Shown: positions 61,743-64,000 of the stretch, piece after piece
Numbering within the stretch: the first letter of the stretch is position 1
Layout of the letters: each line of letters begins with the position of its first letter
Assembly: GCA_951406725.2 (NCBI GenBank)
Contig: OX597814.1
Coordinates: 103,602,001 to 103,666,000 of the forward strand
Reading direction: 5' to 3'
Length of the DNA: 64,000 nucleotides
From: Octopus vulgaris
Taxonomy: Eukaryota
Program-made: the position numbers and the translations under genes
Notes under the pieces: model-generated
The model's input: only the letters and a program-made list of their open reading frames with translations
What the model was told of the DNA's origin: nothing
Database searches by the model: none

Positions 61743-62779
61743 AAACAACAACAACAATAATAAAAAACTGAAAAAAATCCAGAAGATAAGCAACTGTCAA
61801 TATTTACAAACGGCACAATTACGAAAACTGTAAATCATTGCAAAACCTATAAAAGAAAAAAAGAAAAATTCAACGGTGTAAATATCAATGTGTGTATGTG
61901 TGTGTGTGGTGTGTGTGTGTGTGTGTGTGCATATAATTTTTTTCCATCAGCAATAAAAATAGAACAAGGTGAATTGGTTCTTTCCAAGGTCACCAAACCT
62001 ATTGATCACTGTGATAGTAAACACGTATTTGACCTCTGTTGTAAGGAGTGCACGGTCCTTCTGCTTTTTGATCGCACAAGAATGCGAAACCCCATCACTG
62101 AACTCCTTGTCACCAGCAGCTGAATCTATTTACAGACTGGTGGCATTTGGCTGTGTCTCCATGAAGCTGCTTCTCGTCTTCGTACTGTCTAGCCCCAGCC
62201 ATCATGTATTTAAGATCATCTCAAGTATAAGGCAAAAGTCGTGGCTAAACAACATCTAATATCACAGTAGGAGGAGAAAAGCTGGCAGACTTAACCAAAT
62301 TCCGCAGCAGCTAATAACGACGATGATGACAGTTACACTGTTGCAATGTCTCCAAAGGTTAGCCGCAATGATACAGGCCATGGCGGTATTGGTGCTAACT
62401 AACGGTAATCACTGCTGCTGTAATGGTAAGGTTGAAGTAATTGTAACTGTAATAATGGCAGAGTCGACAATAGTGGCAGAGACAACAACCGTCTCTACAT
62501 CTGCCACAATTCAGGGCTCAACACTAATAATTTTAATGTAGCACAAATAAGTCTTACGAGGCAAAAAGGAAAACTACAACAATACACCAAATCGTTTGAC
62601 TTATGATTAATCTGGAAGCGTGTACCCCAGGAGGGAACCAGCTTGGGATTGAAAAGTCATCCACTGGCACAAACTCTTCTCTGAATACGAACCTGGATAG
62701 TCACTTGAACGGAAACTGCCCCAACTCGAGCCCCCTCCCCCAAGCCCACCACCACAGCCACCACAAAATTTAAAGTGTA

Positions 62780-64000
62780 AGAAGATCAAATGGACCCGAA
62801 AAGAGTATACAGAAGTAATATACGCCTATTACTATGCATTAGGTAGGTCATCTGAAGAGAAACACACAGCACACTCTTGTCAAATATGGAGGACATAAAA
62901 TCAAGGCAGCAGACTATATTTGGACGAATGTAAGTTAGTGAATGTTAGGAGGGATACCTTTATAGATAAGAGACTCACACATAGTGAAATAACCGCAATC
63001 AAATAAGCAGCAAAAAATGATCACGCATTTCCTGAAGAACAGAGTCTATGATAGAAATGAAGCAGAAAATCGTGAATAAATTTGAAGTTGCAAGACATGC
63101 CAATATGCATGATAGAGAACCACTTCATAAACTTCCAAATACAATTCAAAGTCAAAAAAACAAATTAAAATTGTCAACTATGTAACAAAAGAAATCATGC
63201 AAGAACTAAAACCTGATCTCACAGAGTTAAATGAAATCATTTTCGCATCTGCTAAAATAATTGAAACCAGTTGTATGTCTCCGAAAATACAAAGAAATAC
63301 AAACATGGGAAGAATTCCAAACTGAAGAAGTAAAATTGAAAAAGAGATTGAAATAATGAGAGGTGACATATCAATATTAAATGAACTAACGATGTAAGAT
63401 CCAGAAAAGGAATAAAGACGAAGAGAAAATATAAATTCTCTCCAAGAGAAGAACTGCTTTCAACAAAAGAAACTCTGCAACAAAAAGTCCAATCAAAATC
63501 TCAAAGAATACGAAGATTTGAGAAGCGAGACAAGTTTTACAAGCAAAAAAAAAAACTGTTTACATCCAATTCGAAAACATTCTACAGAGAAAGATGGAAG
63601 GGGAAAATAACCGTTGAAGAATCCCACTTCCATGGAAGAAATTGAAAGTTTTGAGAAAAATATTTGGAGTGATGAAAAGACATTCAATGAACATGCAGAC
63701 TGGATTAGACACACAGAAGGATCCTACCAAAATTTACCAGAACAAGCATGAGAAGACATTACAATGGCAGATTTAAGGATGACACTCATGAAGACTCGTT
63801 AGTGGAAATCCCCTGGTAAAGATAAAGAACCAAATTTCTAGCTTGCAGCTCTCTCATGCGCATACGAATAGTTCAGCTATTCAATGATTGGTTAGGCAGT
63901 AGTATTGCTTACCTACTTCCAAAGAACAATGAAACCAATTTTCCCCAAAACTATCGGCCCATAACGTATAAAATTTTAACATTCATCCTCGTGGAGAAAA
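62780..64000 (+). mobile_element. R4/Dong-clade LINE, N-terminal and RT start, degenerate; runs off the window
   Basis: KWTRKEYTEVIYAYY, IWSDEKTFNEHADWI, WKSPGKD, NYRPIT. Confidence 0.8.

Noticed and set aside
61951-62260. Exon-like segment after a TTCCATCAG acceptor
   Set aside because: No recognisable protein on +; the minus frame (FTITVINRFGDL) looks like a decayed LINE ORF2 piece

Overview
AT-rich, repeat-dense animal DNA. The SINE families, (TA)n/(TAA)n load and RTE/Dong/Penelope content suggest a cephalopod (Octopus-like); this is an inference. The window holds one complete protein-coding gene, MEAK7/TLDC1 (+ strand, 8 coding exons, 8252..41283, 470 aa; every junction is GT-AG and phase-consistent). 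The rest is mostly nested transposons: Tx1/L1-clade LINEs, a solo LTR, RTE and R4/Dong LINEs, Penelope-like elements, Tc1/mariner, hAT, piggyBac MITEs, Helitrons, tRNA-SINEs and mini/microsatellites. Most notable: (1) several hammerhead ribozyme motifs in fold-back elements inside MEAK7 introns, one textbook-intact (24675..24760, minus); (2) a TSD-flanked head-to-head palindrome of a tRNA-headed SINE carrying a hammerhead (36263..36761); (3) a SINE that shares its 3' tail with the Tx1 LINEs; (4) a full-length LINE inserted about 30-40 bp downstream of a solo LTR's TATA box.
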